From contig NC_042998.1 in NCBI RefSeq assembly GCF_006345805.1, positions 30,194,001 to 30,258,000 of the forward strand: a stretch of DNA of 64,000 nucleotides, written 5' to 3'. Of the stretch, positions 49,661-63,518 are shown piece by piece. This DNA comes from Octopus sinensis (Eukaryota). The translations under genes were made by a program, and so were the position numbers. Every line of letters begins with the position of its first letter. Within the stretch, counting starts at the first letter, position 1. The notes beneath the pieces are model-generated. The model saw only the letters and a list, made by a program, of their open reading frames with translations. It searched no databases and was not told the origin of the DNA.

Positions 49661-49790
49661 CGGTTTACCTCCCGCACAGAGTTTAATATAAGTTATTTCT
49701 CCTATTTCGAAACCAGTGACAGTTTGTCGCTGGAGAAAACATATAGTATTTTGCGAGCTGAATGATTATCACAAACTGAAGATTATCACG

Positions 49791-50114
49791 AACCACATGT
49801 TTCCGGGTTCAGTCCCACTGCTTGGCACTTTAGGCAAGTGACTTCCATTATAAATTCAAGGCTACCAAAACTTGTGAATGGATTTGATATACGGAAACTG
49901 AAAGAATCTGGTCGTATACATATATATATATATACGCATATGTTTGTGTTTCTGTGTTTGGTGTGTTTATATCTCCGTAACTTAGCGGCTCGGCAAAGAG
50001 TCCGATAGAATAAGTACGGGGCTTACAAAGAATAAGTCCTGGAGTCAATCTGTTCGACTAAAGGCGGTGCTCCAGCATGGCCGCAGTCAAATGACTGAAA
50101 CAAATAAAAGAATA
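49791..50114 (+). mobile_element. SINE family B, near full length
   Basis: Both halves present. Confidence 0.88.
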
Positions 50115-51012
50115 AAAATTATACATACATATATATATATATATATATGTCTATATATATATATGTGTGTGTGTGTATACATGTACATATATATAGATGT
50201 CTATAGATGTATGTATGTGTATATACACATATGTATGTATTATATATATATAAATACATATATATATATACATCTATATACACATATACACATACAAACA
50301 TATATATGCATATGTATACACATACAAACATATATATGCATATATATACACATACGTACATATATATATATATATATATACACATACGTACATATATATA
50401 TATATATATGTACATATATATATGCATGTACATATACATATATAAATATGTGTGTATGTTTGTATGTGTGTGTGTGTGGTGTGTGTGTGTGTGTGTGTAA
50501 GCATGTGTGTTTCTCTGTGTATCTACATTTATATATGCCTATATATTTGCTTGTTTTTGTCAACTTATTTTAGAAAATATATATATTTTCAAGACAATGG
50601 AATTTTTTTCTTTTTTTTCTGATTGTCTGTGTTCTCTGAATTTAATTCATCGGATGTATTACATGTGACAGCTCCTACGCCTACCTACTTTATTTTAATT
50701 CTCTGTCAACTGAATATTTTCCACAGGCCTTCCCTTAACCATGTTCCTACCTTCTCTTTCCTCTTCACACCTTCCCACCACTTATAGATATACAATAACT
50801 ACGCTTTAACGTATTGTTTTGGGGATTTTTTTTCTTTCATTCAAATTCAAATAAACAAGAACCAGTTAATATCTCTATATCTCTATTTCCTGCATTCTTA
50901 TCCACTCTAACAACATCTTTAAATTTCTTCTGTCGTTTCATTTCCTTTACTTAACTGTTGTAGCTATATTTATTGTGTGTGTGTGTGTGTGTGAACCTGA
51001 GTGTCTGCACTA

Positions 51013-51397
51013 TTTTGCTCTTTTACTTGTTTCAGTCATTTTGATAGTGACCATACTGGAGCACCGCCTTTTAGTCGAAGATATCGACCTCTGGACTAAT
51101 TCTTTGTTATCCTGATACTTATTTTATCAGTGTATTTTGCCGAACCGCTAGTTTACGCGAACGTAGCCACACCAACAAGCGACAGTGGAAGGACAAACAC
51201 AGACAGAAACACACACAAATATATATATATATACGCGATAGGCTTCTTTCAGTTTCCTTCTACCAAATCCACTCACAAGACTTTGGTCGGCCCGAGGCTA
51301 TAGTATATGATATATTCCCAGATGCCACGCAGTAGGACTGAACGCGGAACCATGTGGTTGGGAAGCAAGCTTCTTACCACACAGCCACTCCTACGCC
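51013..51397 (-). mobile_element. SINE family B, full length
   Basis: Both halves present. Confidence 0.88.
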
Positions 51398-51407
51398 ATA
51401 TATTATG

Positions 51408-51464
<57 letters not shown>

Positions 51465-52578
51465 TGTTTTCTTTATTAGCCACACAGGGCTGCACACAGA
51501 TAGAACAAATTACAAGGTAGAGCTTTTCTTTTGAAGGTTTAAAAAAAAAAAAAAAAAAAAAGGAAGGGAGTTTTCGATCAAAAGGGATCGTAAAGGAGAG
51601 AAAGAGGACAAAAAAAAAGGGGGGGGTTAAAAAAAAAAAAAAAAAAAAAAGGGGAGAGGAAAAAAAAATTGATCAATAGGGATCGTTATCACAGAAATGT
51701 CAATAGAAGTGTAAAGGTGAGGACAGGTGAGGTTTACCCGTGGAAAAAAGAAAGCCTACGGAAAGACCACGGTAACCTCGGTCAATGAAGTCACTTTTAT
51801 ATTTCTTTTTTTTTTTTTTTTTTGGCAAATAAGCAACTCTCTGTTTTCGATTTCTGGGTTCATAGGACTATGCTCAAGGTGGCTTCGTCGTCATTCATAC
51901 GTGCCATTCTTGCTACATTCACCCATCTTTTTTTAAACATTCGCTAGACAAAACTTGCCTCTCTACTCTCACTTTCCTTTTCAGTGGTACTTGAAGAAGT
52001 TGATGAGAGATTGACCAGAGAGGAAAGTGTTTGTCTCCAATCCTTTCAGACGCGTCCACCAGATACATTCTTTCGCCATAGCGCCAAAGGATGATGAAAA
52101 TAGCTCTTCCTCCCGTTTGAAGGAAGGAGCGTGACAATATTGACGATAGACTCAGCTGATAAACCGACTCGTCCCCACACGTGACAGCAGTTGTTCGACA
52201 TAAGCCCACAGGTCGGAAATTGTTGGACACTGAACGAGTGCGTGCAGAACGGTTCGTCGCTCTGACCGCATCTCGGGCAGGTCGGCCCCGTGTTTCTCGA
52301 GCCGTGTCTGTAGAGCTTATCCCGAACGGGTAGCGCTTCTCGGTAGCACGTCCGGCCAGGGATCTCTGGAGTTGTCCATGGGCCCTGGCCCGAAAGTCGT
52401 CCCGAACAGGCGGGTCAGGTACTCCTCGTCGACGTCCAGGTTCGCCCCGAGCTCGTCGTCGTACCTCCCCTCCACTAAACCCCTATAGAATGCTTTGGTT
52501 GTGTTGAAGTCACTTAAGGTCGACCCAGGACGGCAGAGTTGCTTGAGAGCAACGCGACACTCGCGGTGCCATTCGCCC
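51465..52578 (-). mobile_element. L1/Tx1-clade LINE 3' fragment embedded in a (GATA)n microsatellite
   Basis: Minus-strand LPVRDKL...CPRCGQSDE/TVLHALVQCP...LW...AKECIWWTR (zf-RVT type). The 3' UTR has AATAAA then (TATC)n, and (TAGA)n lies on both sides. Confidence 0.85.
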
Positions 52579-52656
<78 letters not shown>

Positions 52657-52658
52657 GA

Positions 52659-52806
52659 TACGACGGGTTTCAGTTTCTATCTACCAAATCCACTCACAAG
52701 GCTTTGGTCGGTCCGGGGCTATAATAGAAGACAACTGCCCAAGGTGCCACGCAGTGGGGCTGAACCTGGAACCCTGTGGTTGGGAAGCAAACTTCTTATT
52801 ACACAG
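52659..52806 (-). mobile_element. SINE family B, 5' half
   Basis: tttcagtttc...aatccactcacaaggctttggtcgg... Confidence 0.8.
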
Positions 52807-53040
52807 GTTAGGATAATGGGCTCACGATCGTAAGGTCGTGAGTTCGATCCCCGCGTTGGATAAGACAGTTTACTTCACTTTACTCTAGTCCACTCAGCTG
52901 GAAAACAGGAGTTGTATCTGTGATTCAAATGGCTGGCCTTGTCACATCTCTCACCCTGAAACTCAATGAGAACTATGTTAAGGTTACGCATGCTAATTTC
53001 ACTAGCGTTGATCCCTCGTTGTCGTAATTGACGGAGTACC
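52805..53040 (+). mobile_element. SINE family D
   Basis: B-box-like gagttcgatccc and segments shared with 28502-29015. Confidence 0.55.
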
Positions 53041-53393
53041 AGTTTGTGTGCGTGTGTGTGTGTGTGTGTGTGACATACATTTTTATGTGTATATGTAAAT
53101 ATTTGTGCATTTGTTTATGCAGGTGTGAGTAATCATCTATATGTATGTATGTGTCTTAACATATGTTTGCTTGTGTATGTGTGTATGTATGTGTGTGTGT
53201 GTGTGTGTGTGCGTGTGAGTGAGTGAGTTTTAATACGATAAAATGACAAAAGCGTATGGAAGAGAAACGAAACAACAGAACGATATTAACGATATTCTTA
53301 GCTTAGCTAAGAATTTTGGAAACAGGAATATAAATACAAAGAGCCATATTCTGGTATAGGTAGGAAATCACCGGTGTGGAGATCACATACATG

Positions 53394-53965
53394 CTATTTG
53401 CATATGATATCGTATTTATCACCAAAACCCTAGATCAGCTTCAGACCATGCGATAAGAGCGAACACAGTTCGCAGTGGCCTTAAAATGAACTGCATGAAA
53501 TCTTAAAACGTAGCACAAGGCCAAACGGAAATGGGGGCGATGAACTTGAGATAAAGAAGTAGGATTACATAGAGGGCATAGAATTTGCACAGAGACATCA
53601 ATGATAAAATCTCGAAGAGAATAAGGGCCGAATGGAAGGAATTTACTTGAATACGGTAAGTGTTCAAAACAATGCTGAGCCAGCCTTTTCAATGGCACCA
53701 TCCTCCTAGCCTTTATATGAAGAAGAAGAAAGAACATCGAATGGTTGTGTCCTAAAGAACCATATAAGATTCGTGCTAGGAATTCCATTGCGAGAGTAGT
53801 TCCCAAATGAGATAATTAAGAATGGAACGGAGTGAACGAAGGCTGTATCCAAGAGGAGGAAAAAGTCCGCTGCGAAGCCCTCCAAGACGAATGATTTGAG
53901 CTAATATGGATAAAAATGGCGTAATCAAGAAAGAATTGGAGACGCATTGTAACCGATTGTCAGGT
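53394..53965 (+). mobile_element. Strongly decayed RTE-like RT fragment
   Basis: LFAYDIVFI...L..M...GLKMN..K and ISKRIRAEWK remnants. Confidence 0.5.
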
Positions 53966-54124
53966 ATGTACAGTGACACATAGATACAGTGTGTATGTAT
54001 GATTCTGTGCGAGTGTGTATATATGTGCGTGTGCCTGTGTGTGGTGTGTGTGTGTGTGTGTTTATATACATATATAAGCTTGGTAAGCAAGAAGAAATAT
54101 ATATATATATAAACAAACTGTGTA

Positions 54125-55617
54125 TCACGCTTTATTTCAGGTCAAATTTTTGTTGATATTTTGAATATAACACATTGTAAAAACATGAAACTCGGTCCAC
54201 TGAAAGATCCTTGCTAGGTACATAGACGGTGAACATTTCAATTGTATTGATAAGCTACATACAAAGTTATGTTGAGTTGTGTATTTTGAAGTGCTTTCAA
54301 CTGTGTCACGTTTTATTGCAGGTGCACGAAAATGCCCCTGAAATGATGTCTGACCCCCTACAGAGAAGATGCAGAGTGTTACAGGTCTTGTGAAAGGCTC
54401 ATCTGTGGAAGAATTAGCCCAAGAGCTTAGTCAGGACACAGGAACATTGAAGGCGTATGTGGAAAACCCCATCACGAAACCAAAGCAAAACAATAGTACG
54501 AGAAGCAGTGTATCCCACTATGGTACCCCCCAAAATAGCTAGGCAAGTAAGAAAAGGCCTCGGTAGCACAGGTGCTGCCATATTTGAGAGTGCTGGGGTT
54601 GCTTCTTTGTCCAGAAACCCTCGTTATAGAATCCTTAAAGAGACGGCCAGAAATTTTGACTGCCTCACGAGGCCCATCCGAAGCGAGTTCCACAAAGAGA
54701 AGTGTATTGATTGGGCACGGAAGTACAAGAAAATTAATTTCCAAGGTGTCTTATTCGCGGACGTGGCCAGAGTTACTCTGAATGGCCCCGACGGATAGGC
54801 CGAAGTTTGGGTGCCTTTTGGAGCCTCTCGCCCGCATCGCATTCGGCATCAACAAACAGGTGACGCTGTCATGTTTGAGCGAGAATCATAGGAAGTGAAC
54901 TTGTCGGGCCTTTCCGTGTGCCAGGTCTCAAACTCACTAACAAATCCTACACCAGGTTTCTGGAGGAGTATTTTGCAGCATGATTAGATGATCTGCCACT
55001 CTCACGTCGACAGTGATTGATTTTTATGCATGACAATGCTCCTTCGCATTCAGCCAAGGCTAAAAATCTCGTACCAAACAACTTTGCGGATCACTGGCCA
55101 ATCACTGTAACTTGGCCTTTCTGTTCACCTGACCTAAAATCTATCGAACAGATCTGGTTGATCATGAAAGAGGAGGCATCCAATTTTCATCGAATGATGC
55201 CCTGTGGGAAAAGATCAAAGCATTGCTGGTACGATAACATTTCAGCTTAGTTGGCTAACAGCTTCTGTGGACAAAAGACTGTTTAATGTCATTTCTAAGC
55301 AAGAAAGTTACGTAGACAAATAAAGTACAGCACCAACAATTTAATTGTGTTTGTTTCGTATCTTCTACTGTTATTCTTCGGTAGCGTATTTCATTGTTAC
55401 AATAAAAGGGTAATATAATGATATTTCATTACCTTAAAGTGACATTTTCAGACACCTGCAATAAACTCAACGTAACTATGTGTGTAGCTTATCAATAAAA
55501 CTGAAATATTCGTTGCCTCCGTATCTAACAGGGATCTTTCAGTGGACGAAGTTTCACGCTCCTACTATGTTTAATATTAAAAATATCAACAAAGCTTTGA
55601 CCTGCAATAGAGCGTGA
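54125..55617 (+). mobile_element. Decayed full-span Tc1-like transposon with ~160-bp TIRs and TA TSD
   Basis: TIRs tcacgct(t/c)tatt(t/g)caggtcaaa...gtccactgaaagatcc at both ends. Transposase remnants WARKY..INFQGVLFAD, FMHDNAPSH, SPDLKSIEQIW. Confidence 0.9.
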
Positions 55618-55727
55618 TACACTATTTATTTTTATGAATGTGTGTGTGTGTATGCAAGTGTATGTGCTCGCATCGGCAGGCATTGCCTCAATTAAAGCTA
55701 TGATATTGATTTTCTGGAAAAAGTGTT

Positions 55728-55960
55728 CGAATGGTGGATGAACACATGCTGAAACAGCTGTTTTGTGGTGAGCTTACAGAGGGGAAACGCTATCTACGTA
55801 AACCTAAAAAAGGCATAAGCACAACCATGAAGTCACTTGGAATGGATCAGAAATTATCTGCAGCTCTTTGTGGTCATAATCGGATGTGTAATGTATGTGG
55901 GTGTCTTTTCAGAACATTGTCTGAAAAAAGCCATATCAGATGCCATAAGGATTGTAAGGT
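55728..55960 (+). mobile_element. RTE-like 3' remnant
   Basis: RMVDEHMLKQLFCGELTEGKR...KPKK resembles RM...PKQLLYGEL..G.R...PK. Confidence 0.55.
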
Positions 55961-56150
55961 GTAGGTACAGGAGGTGGTGAAACTCTGCATAGGGAGTATG
56001 TATGTATATATATATATATATGTAGATATATATTTATACAGATACACATATGCATGCGCCCATATACATATATCGTAAATATACATATATATACCACACA
56101 CACAACACACACACACACATATATTATAATATATATATATGTATACACAC

Positions 56151-56200
<50 letters not shown>

Positions 56201-56399
56201 CTGTATTCTAACGTGTATGATAGGCCCTTCTTTGTCAAAAGTTAGAGAGATAGAAGAATATTGGAGTTGCTTATACATGGATAGTATTATAATCCCTTAC
56301 AAAACCTTTTTTCCAAATTTGAAACTCAAGAAATTGGTGGGGTGGTCCATATACGCAAGGATTCCTTATACACATTAAGGTACGGTATATATATATATA

Positions 56400-56590
56400 C
56401 AATAAGTCCCAAAAGAAAACAAAAACAAACACAAAGGAACAACGTTAGGACGTGGTACATGTCTAGTATTAGCAGACGCTCAGGGAAGGAAAGAAAGATG
56501 TTTTAACGTTTCGAGCAAAGCTCTTATTCAGAAACTGAGGAAAAACCAATAGAAAAGGAAGACAGAGGAATAAAATCGCCAACGATACAC
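56400..56590 (-). mobile_element. PLE 3' terminus with mutated hammerhead, abutting (TA)n
   Basis: Minus-strand uuu-CUGAAUA-a-gagc(uuu)gcuc-GAAACGUU-aaa. Downstream ctttccttccctgagcgtc...ccacgtcct is shared with 42433-42530(+). Confidence 0.7.
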
Positions 56591-56656
56591 ATATCGTTAC
56601 AAACACACACACACACACATACACACACACACATATATATACATATATATATATAT

Positions 56657-56784
56657 GTTGGCCTGCTCGCTTAGCCAGCGGGGTGGCGTCATTCGAAGGC
56701 TAAAACAATGCGAATGCATTGTGACCAGCGATGTGTAGCAACATCTGATGGTCTGGTCGGTCACATGATGATGATGATGATGAT
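56657..56784 (+). mobile_element. SINE family A, 3' part with (ATG)n tail
   Basis: Matches the 3' half of 1094-1408(-). Confidence 0.88.
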
Positions 56785-57639
56785 ATATATATATCACTTA
56801 GGCTAGTAATCAAGCGTAATAAGTAATTAATGCACGTGCTTCAGTACGAAACGTCAATCGTGTGAAGAGCGATAATACAAAATTGGTTTGAGAAAGGAAT
56901 AAACAATTATGTTACGAACTTCATTAACTCCAAAGTTGTTTCTGCTATAAGGTACGATGCACTCATAGCTGAGTGCTTGAGTATGGTGAGTTCATATTTG
57001 AAACTACTACGTAGTTATAAGATGACACTCATGCGCTTAACTATGAGTGCATTGCGCCTTGTATCAGGAATTCTACACACGAGTATGCTCATTTACTTTA
57101 CAACGTGTCATAGGTATCCAGGGTCCTGCGATTGGCATTATTCCAGTAAAATTCATACCACTCTTATCTCTTTCTGTCTCTGTCTCTCTCTCTCTCACTT
57201 CCCTCATATGTATGGTGGTTATATGTATCTAAGCTGGTATGTTTATATAAGGGAGAAAGGAAGACGGGTAGAGAAGTGCATTCCAAATACCAATTACTGG
57301 TATTTGGATTGCATTTAATACATACATTTCAACTAGTTACGTAATCACATGTAAATGTGCGTTCTATCTTCATCAGTCCTTACGACGAAATGCGTAGCTG
57401 GAATCAAGCCCGTCTCTGCATAGATAATACACATGGAAGGCAATACTAACATAAGATTGAATGTTGATCCAGACGTTCAATTCAAAATTGTCTGGTGAAG
57501 AGTACTTCCTCAAGTACTACCCACGTAAAGCATATATGGGTGTACGTATGCATGTATGAATGTAGAGTGCATATATGTATAAATATGCACATACAGTAGG
57601 AATAAGGATGCATAAATGTGTATTTATATATATCTATAT

Positions 57640-58209
57640 ATATATACATATACATGCGTATATATATATATATATCTATATATATACATATACATGCGTA
57701 TATATCTATAATATATATACATATACTGCGTATATATATATATATATATACATATACATGCGTATATATATATATCTATATATATATCATATACATGCGT
57801 ATATATATATATCTATATATTATACATATACATGCGTATATATATATCTCTATATAATATACATATACATGCGTATATATATATATATATATATACATGC
57901 GTATATATCTATATATATATATATATATACACATGCGTATATATATATATACACATATACATGCGTATATATATATTATATATATATATATACATCTACA
58001 TCGTATATTATATATATATATATATATATTACATGCGTATATATATATATATACACATATATTGCGTATATATTATATATATATATATATACATATACAT
58101 GCGTATATATATATATATATATATATACATATACATGCGTATATATATATATATATATATACATATACATGCGTATATATATATATATATATATATACAT
58201 ATACATGCG

Positions 58210-58241
<32 letters not shown>

Positions 58242-58388
58242 CATGCGTATATATATATATATATACATATACATGCGTATATATATATATATAATATATA
58301 TACATATACATGCGTATATATAATAATATATATATACATATACATGCGTATAATATATATATATATAATATATATACATATACATGCG

Positions 58389-58419
<31 letters not shown>

Positions 58420-58424
58420 CATGC

Positions 58425-58464
<40 letters not shown>

Positions 58465-59332
58465 CAGGCGCCCCGTACCCCCCTTATCATTAATGTGAGC
58501 ACCTATTCTTATAATTGGTACGACTCTCTGTTTGTCTCTTTCTCTCTCTCATTTTTACTTGATCTGTCCCCTCTCTCATCTTTTCTCTCCACTCATCCTC
58601 TTTTTCTTCTCTCTCTTCCTCTGATTCTTTGGTCTAGTCTTCCACTACCCTCTATTTCTTTGTCTCGCTCTGCACTACACAGGTCATTCTTCGACACCCA
58701 TCCCTTCTCCTCTCTGATTCCTTCTTTCTCTCTCTTCTCTCTCTTTGTTGCGTTTGTCCCTCCTCTCTCTCTCTCTTCCTTTGCTTCTCTTTCTTTTCTT
58801 TCCCTCTTCTCTGTCACGTGACTGTTGGCCGAAATCTGCCTTTCAGCTCCTGACCCTCGTCGTGTTAACATCGTTGTTTTTCGTCCGCGCTATAAAGGCT
58901 TCTTCCAATGCGCCAGAGAAAAAAATTGTTTGCTTGTTTCTCAGTCGTAACACTTGTTGTTTTCACACGTTAATGCTTCTGTACATGTTTCTGTATTCCA
59001 TTAATTTGTTTTTTGTTTTTTTTATATCTGTCCCTTTTGCTGTCCTGGTGTTCGTATGCATTCGATCCTTCTTCCAGGAAATCTACGCTTCCAGCTTAGT
59101 TTTTCCTAATGCTCGTTGCTTAGTTTTTCTTGGAGGGCTGGCCGTGATCTCGTAATCTCAAGATTAAATCAGCCGAAATTACTACGATGATCCGGTTCTT
59201 GACTGAAGACTGAGGGTTTCGAGTGTCCTGTCCGTGTTTATTGTGTCGTCTTCTAAGAGTTATACGTTCTTGTCCTTTTTTATTTTTCTACATACCTTAA
59301 TATTATATATATATATATATACATATACATGC

Positions 59333-59369
<37 letters not shown>

Positions 59370-59729
59370 CATGCGTATATATATATTATACATATATACA
59401 TATACATGCGTATATATATATATATATATATATACATATACATGCGTATATATATATATATATACATATACATGCGTATATATATATATATATATATATA
59501 CATATACATGCGTATATATATATATATATATACATATACATGCGTATAGATATATATATACATATACATGCGTATATATATATATATATATACATATACA
59601 TGCGTATATATATATATACATATACATATACATGCGTAATATATATATATACATATACATGCGTATATATATATATATACATATACATGCGTATATATAT
59701 ATAATATATATTATATATACATTACATGC

Positions 59730-59766
<37 letters not shown>

Positions 59767-59790
59767 TATACATATATGTATATGTATACG
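57640..59790. repeat. CATATACATGCG(TA)n compound array, interrupted by an ~830-bp insert (58465-59295)
   Basis: The same motif is repeated on both sides of a CT-rich unique block. Confidence 0.92.
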
Positions 59791-60249
59791 TGTGTGTGTC
59801 TGTATACACACATGTAATTATTGTTTATTTGTATTGATTATTTTATGCTGTAATTATATTTTATTCGTTGCTTTCATCTTAGTTGGAACTCGATGGGTAT
59901 TCAGCATTTTTTTTTTTTTCCTTTTTGATGGAGCATGATTTCCTGGTATATATGGGGAATATTAAAAACTCTTAACTTTCGCTTATCAGACGGTTTAATG
60001 TATGTATTGAATTATTGAATCAAACAGAGGAATGAAGGTTCTGAAATATCAATAGTTTGTTTTCTGTTATTATTTTCATATAATTTGCCTATATTTCTAC
60101 GTTACAGTCTAACCCTAAATATACGCAATATTATTCTTGTTTAAATGGGCAATCTCGCATTTGAGTGTTCAATGGGGCATAGATATATAGCAATAAGACT
60201 ACTGGTAAAATCTGAAGCAATTAAATATAGCGTATACACACACACACAA

Positions 60250-60304
<55 letters not shown>

Positions 60305-60662
60305 CATATATACATAGATGCATGCATACGTATTTATGTCTATCTATACATATATATATATATATATACTTAGAAGCATAACTAGATTAATGTAAACATG
60401 AGATTTAAATAATGTCTGTATTTAAATCTTAAAATATTTGAAGAACTACTAAACTGAGAGCAATGGGATCGCCGAAGAAATCAAAACAAACACTTTCTAT
60501 TATGGTATACGGTGAATGACAATAGCTGCCGTTTAGTCAAATACCTTAAATGCAATAGTGAAAGGAATACATTGGTGGATCACAATCGTTGAAGGTTCTA
60601 TCAGATCACCATATCCCGGGTGTTATATTGTTGATAATTTGTAGATAGAGAGAGAGAGATAA

Positions 60663-60693
<31 letters not shown>

Positions 60694-60951
60694 GACAGAC
60701 AGACAGACCGACAGATAGATAGATAGATACGTAGGAAGATAGGCACACAGATATATGCATAAACCGTAAATATATATACTTTTCAAACATAATCAAACAC
60801 AATCTATAAACAATAAGATTTATATATATATTTATGTGTGTGTGTATGTTTATATGTATATATAGATGTGAATACATATATACATAGGTATATATATGTG
60901 TGTGTGTATATATATATATATATGTATATATAAACATAATCTATATATATA

Positions 60952-61364
60952 GGCGCAGTAGTAGCTGTGTGGTAAGTAGCTTGCTAACACATGTAAGTAG
61001 CTTGCTAACACATGGTTTCGGGTTCAGTCCCACTGCGTGGCATCTTGGGCAAGTGTCTTCTGCTATAGCCCCGGGCCGACCAATGCCTTGTGAGTGGATT
61101 TGGTAGACGGAAATTGAAAGAAGCCTGTCGTATATATGTATATATGTATATGTGTGTGTGTTTGTGTGTCTGTGTTTGTCCCCTTAGTATTGCTTGACAA
61201 CCGATGCTGGTGTGTTTAAGTCCCCGTCAATTAGCGGTTCGGCAAAAGAGACCGATAGAATAAGTACTGGGCTTACAATGAATAAGTCCCGGGGTCGATT
61301 TGCTCGACTAAAGGCGGTGCTCCAGCATAGCCGCAGTCAAATGACTGAAACAAGTAAAAGAGTA
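60952..61364 (+). mobile_element. SINE family B, full length
   Basis: Both halves, with an internal 20-nt duplication in the head. Confidence 0.92.
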
Positions 61365-61387
61365 ATATATGTATATATATATATATA

Positions 61388-61752
61388 GGCGCAAGAGTGA
61401 CTGTATGGTAGGTAGCTTGCTCACCAACCACATGGTTCCAGGCACATTCCCGCTGCGTGGCACCTTGGACAAGTTTCTTCTATTGTATCCTCGGGCCGGC
61501 CAAAGCCGTGTGTGTGTGTGTTTGTGTGTGTGTGTGTATGTTGGTGGGTCTGTGTTTGTTTCCCCCTTCCAACATCGCTTGACAACCGACGCTCGTGTGT
61601 TAGGTCCCTATAACTTAGCGTTTCAGCAAAAGAGTCCGATACAATAAGTACTAAGCATACAAAGTATAAGTCCTGGGGTGGATTTGGTAGACTAAAGGGA
61701 AGTTCCAGCATGGCCGCAGTCAAATAGCTGAAACAAGTAAAAGAACAAAAGA
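61388..61752 (+). mobile_element. SINE family B, older copy
   Basis: Both halves, partially deleted. Confidence 0.85.
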
Positions 61753-61864
61753 ACACACACACATATATATACACATATATATATTCGTATGCATGTATGT
61801 TATTATACATGCATATATATACATGCATATATATATTATACATATATATATATATTCTTTTAAA

Positions 61865-62248
61865 TTTTACTTGTTTCCGTCATTTGACTACGGCTATGCT
61901 AGAGCATGAAATATTTTAATCGAAAAAAATCAACCCCCAGGACTTATATTTTGTAAACCTAGTACTTTCTTCTATCGGTCACTTCCGCCAAACCTCTAAG
62001 TTACGGGGTCTTAAACATACCAGCGTCTGTTGTCAAGTGATGGCAGTGGGAACAATCACAGGCTCACACACATAACTACATAGAAAGACAGTCGTCTGTT
62101 AGATTCTCTCTGCCAAATCCACTCATAAGGCTTTGGTCGGCCCAAGGCTATAGTTGAAGACACTTGCCGAAGGGGCAGCGCAGTGCTACTGGACCTGGAA
62201 CCATGCTGTTGGGAAGCGAGCTCCTTAGCACACGGCGACGCCTGCGCC
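61865..62248 (-). mobile_element. SINE family B, older copy
   Basis: Both halves in reverse orientation. Confidence 0.85.
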
Positions 62249-62408
62249 TATATATCTATATATATTCATGATGAGTCCCTAAAAGGGACGTAAGCGATAA
62301 ATAAATCCTTTTTTCCCAATCATGTCCACCTTTATATTTTTCCTAACCCATATGCTGTGTGTGTGTGTAGTGTGTGTGCGCGCACATGTATCTTTTAAAC
62401 TGCATCTT

Positions 62409-62439
<31 letters not shown>

Positions 62440-63420
62440 TATATATATATGCGTGTGTGTATGTTATATGTATATATGTATATATATATATATAATACAT
62501 ATTGTGTGTGTGTGTGTGTATACACAAACCTAAACACACACATATGCATGTTTATATGTATATCGAACTCTACACACCCTTGTGTCTGGTTATATAAAAT
62601 CACATATAAATTTAATTACATGCTCTCTTAAAAAGCAATTACACCCTCATTATATACGCTCGTGAACAATAAGTACCATTCTTCTACGTATAAAGGCAGT
62701 CATACACATCTATGCATGCATGCGTGCATACACACATACATACATACATACATACATACATAATACACATACACATTTATATGCAAAGCTCAAGCCTCAC
62801 CTACACATATTCACAAATCCCGGCAACTCTTTTGAAATTCAACAGAAGGTCCTGTCGTTTAGTGACACGCTAAAGACTGGCTTAAAATTTTGTAAAGTGG
62901 CATTTAAAGAAATCTCATGGAAAATTATACATACTTAATTATTGTACTGATATACGAATAGTTCTGTACTTGTTCCTAGCCAACGTGGTTCTTTGTTTAC
63001 TCGAAGTGCAGACGAACTTTTAGAATCTTAAGTTCCATCCATTTGCTGCCGCTAGTTTCCTGGTGTTGCATGTTCCCATGCCATTAAAAATATGCGATGA
63101 CTTTATGGGTCTGCAAGAGAGTCTCTGTATAGTCGTTCGAAATAGTTGTTATTTTTTTTTTCCTTTTATCCAAATCACAGCCTACCATAATAAACGATAG
63201 AAAGAAGAAAAAAAAAGGAGAAAAACATCGGCTGATGTAGCTCTATGTAGTCATAACAAGACCGGATAGTCACGCGTGGAACGCATTAGATCGGTGGACT
63301 GCGTGAAGAATATTTCAACTGGGACTAAATGACAACAACGGGAGGTAAAGGAAAAACTTCGTGTGAATAGCTGCTTACAGTCACAAACACTATCAACCAG
63401 GCATATACAGAGTTTGTGTG

Positions 63421-63518
63421 TTTGTGTCTGTGTGTTTGTGTCTGTGTGTTTGTGTCTGTGTGTTTGTGTCTGTGTGTTTGTGTCTGTGTGTTTGTGTCTG
63501 TGTGTTTGTGTCTGTGTG
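63421..63518. repeat. 14-bp minisatellite (TTTGTGTCTGTGTG) x7
   Basis: Seven exact units counted. Confidence 0.97.

Noticed and set aside
59110-59180. Hammerhead-like ggctg...cagccgaaa
   Set aside because: The CUGANGA core is absent (reads CUUGGAG). At most a heavily decayed relic.
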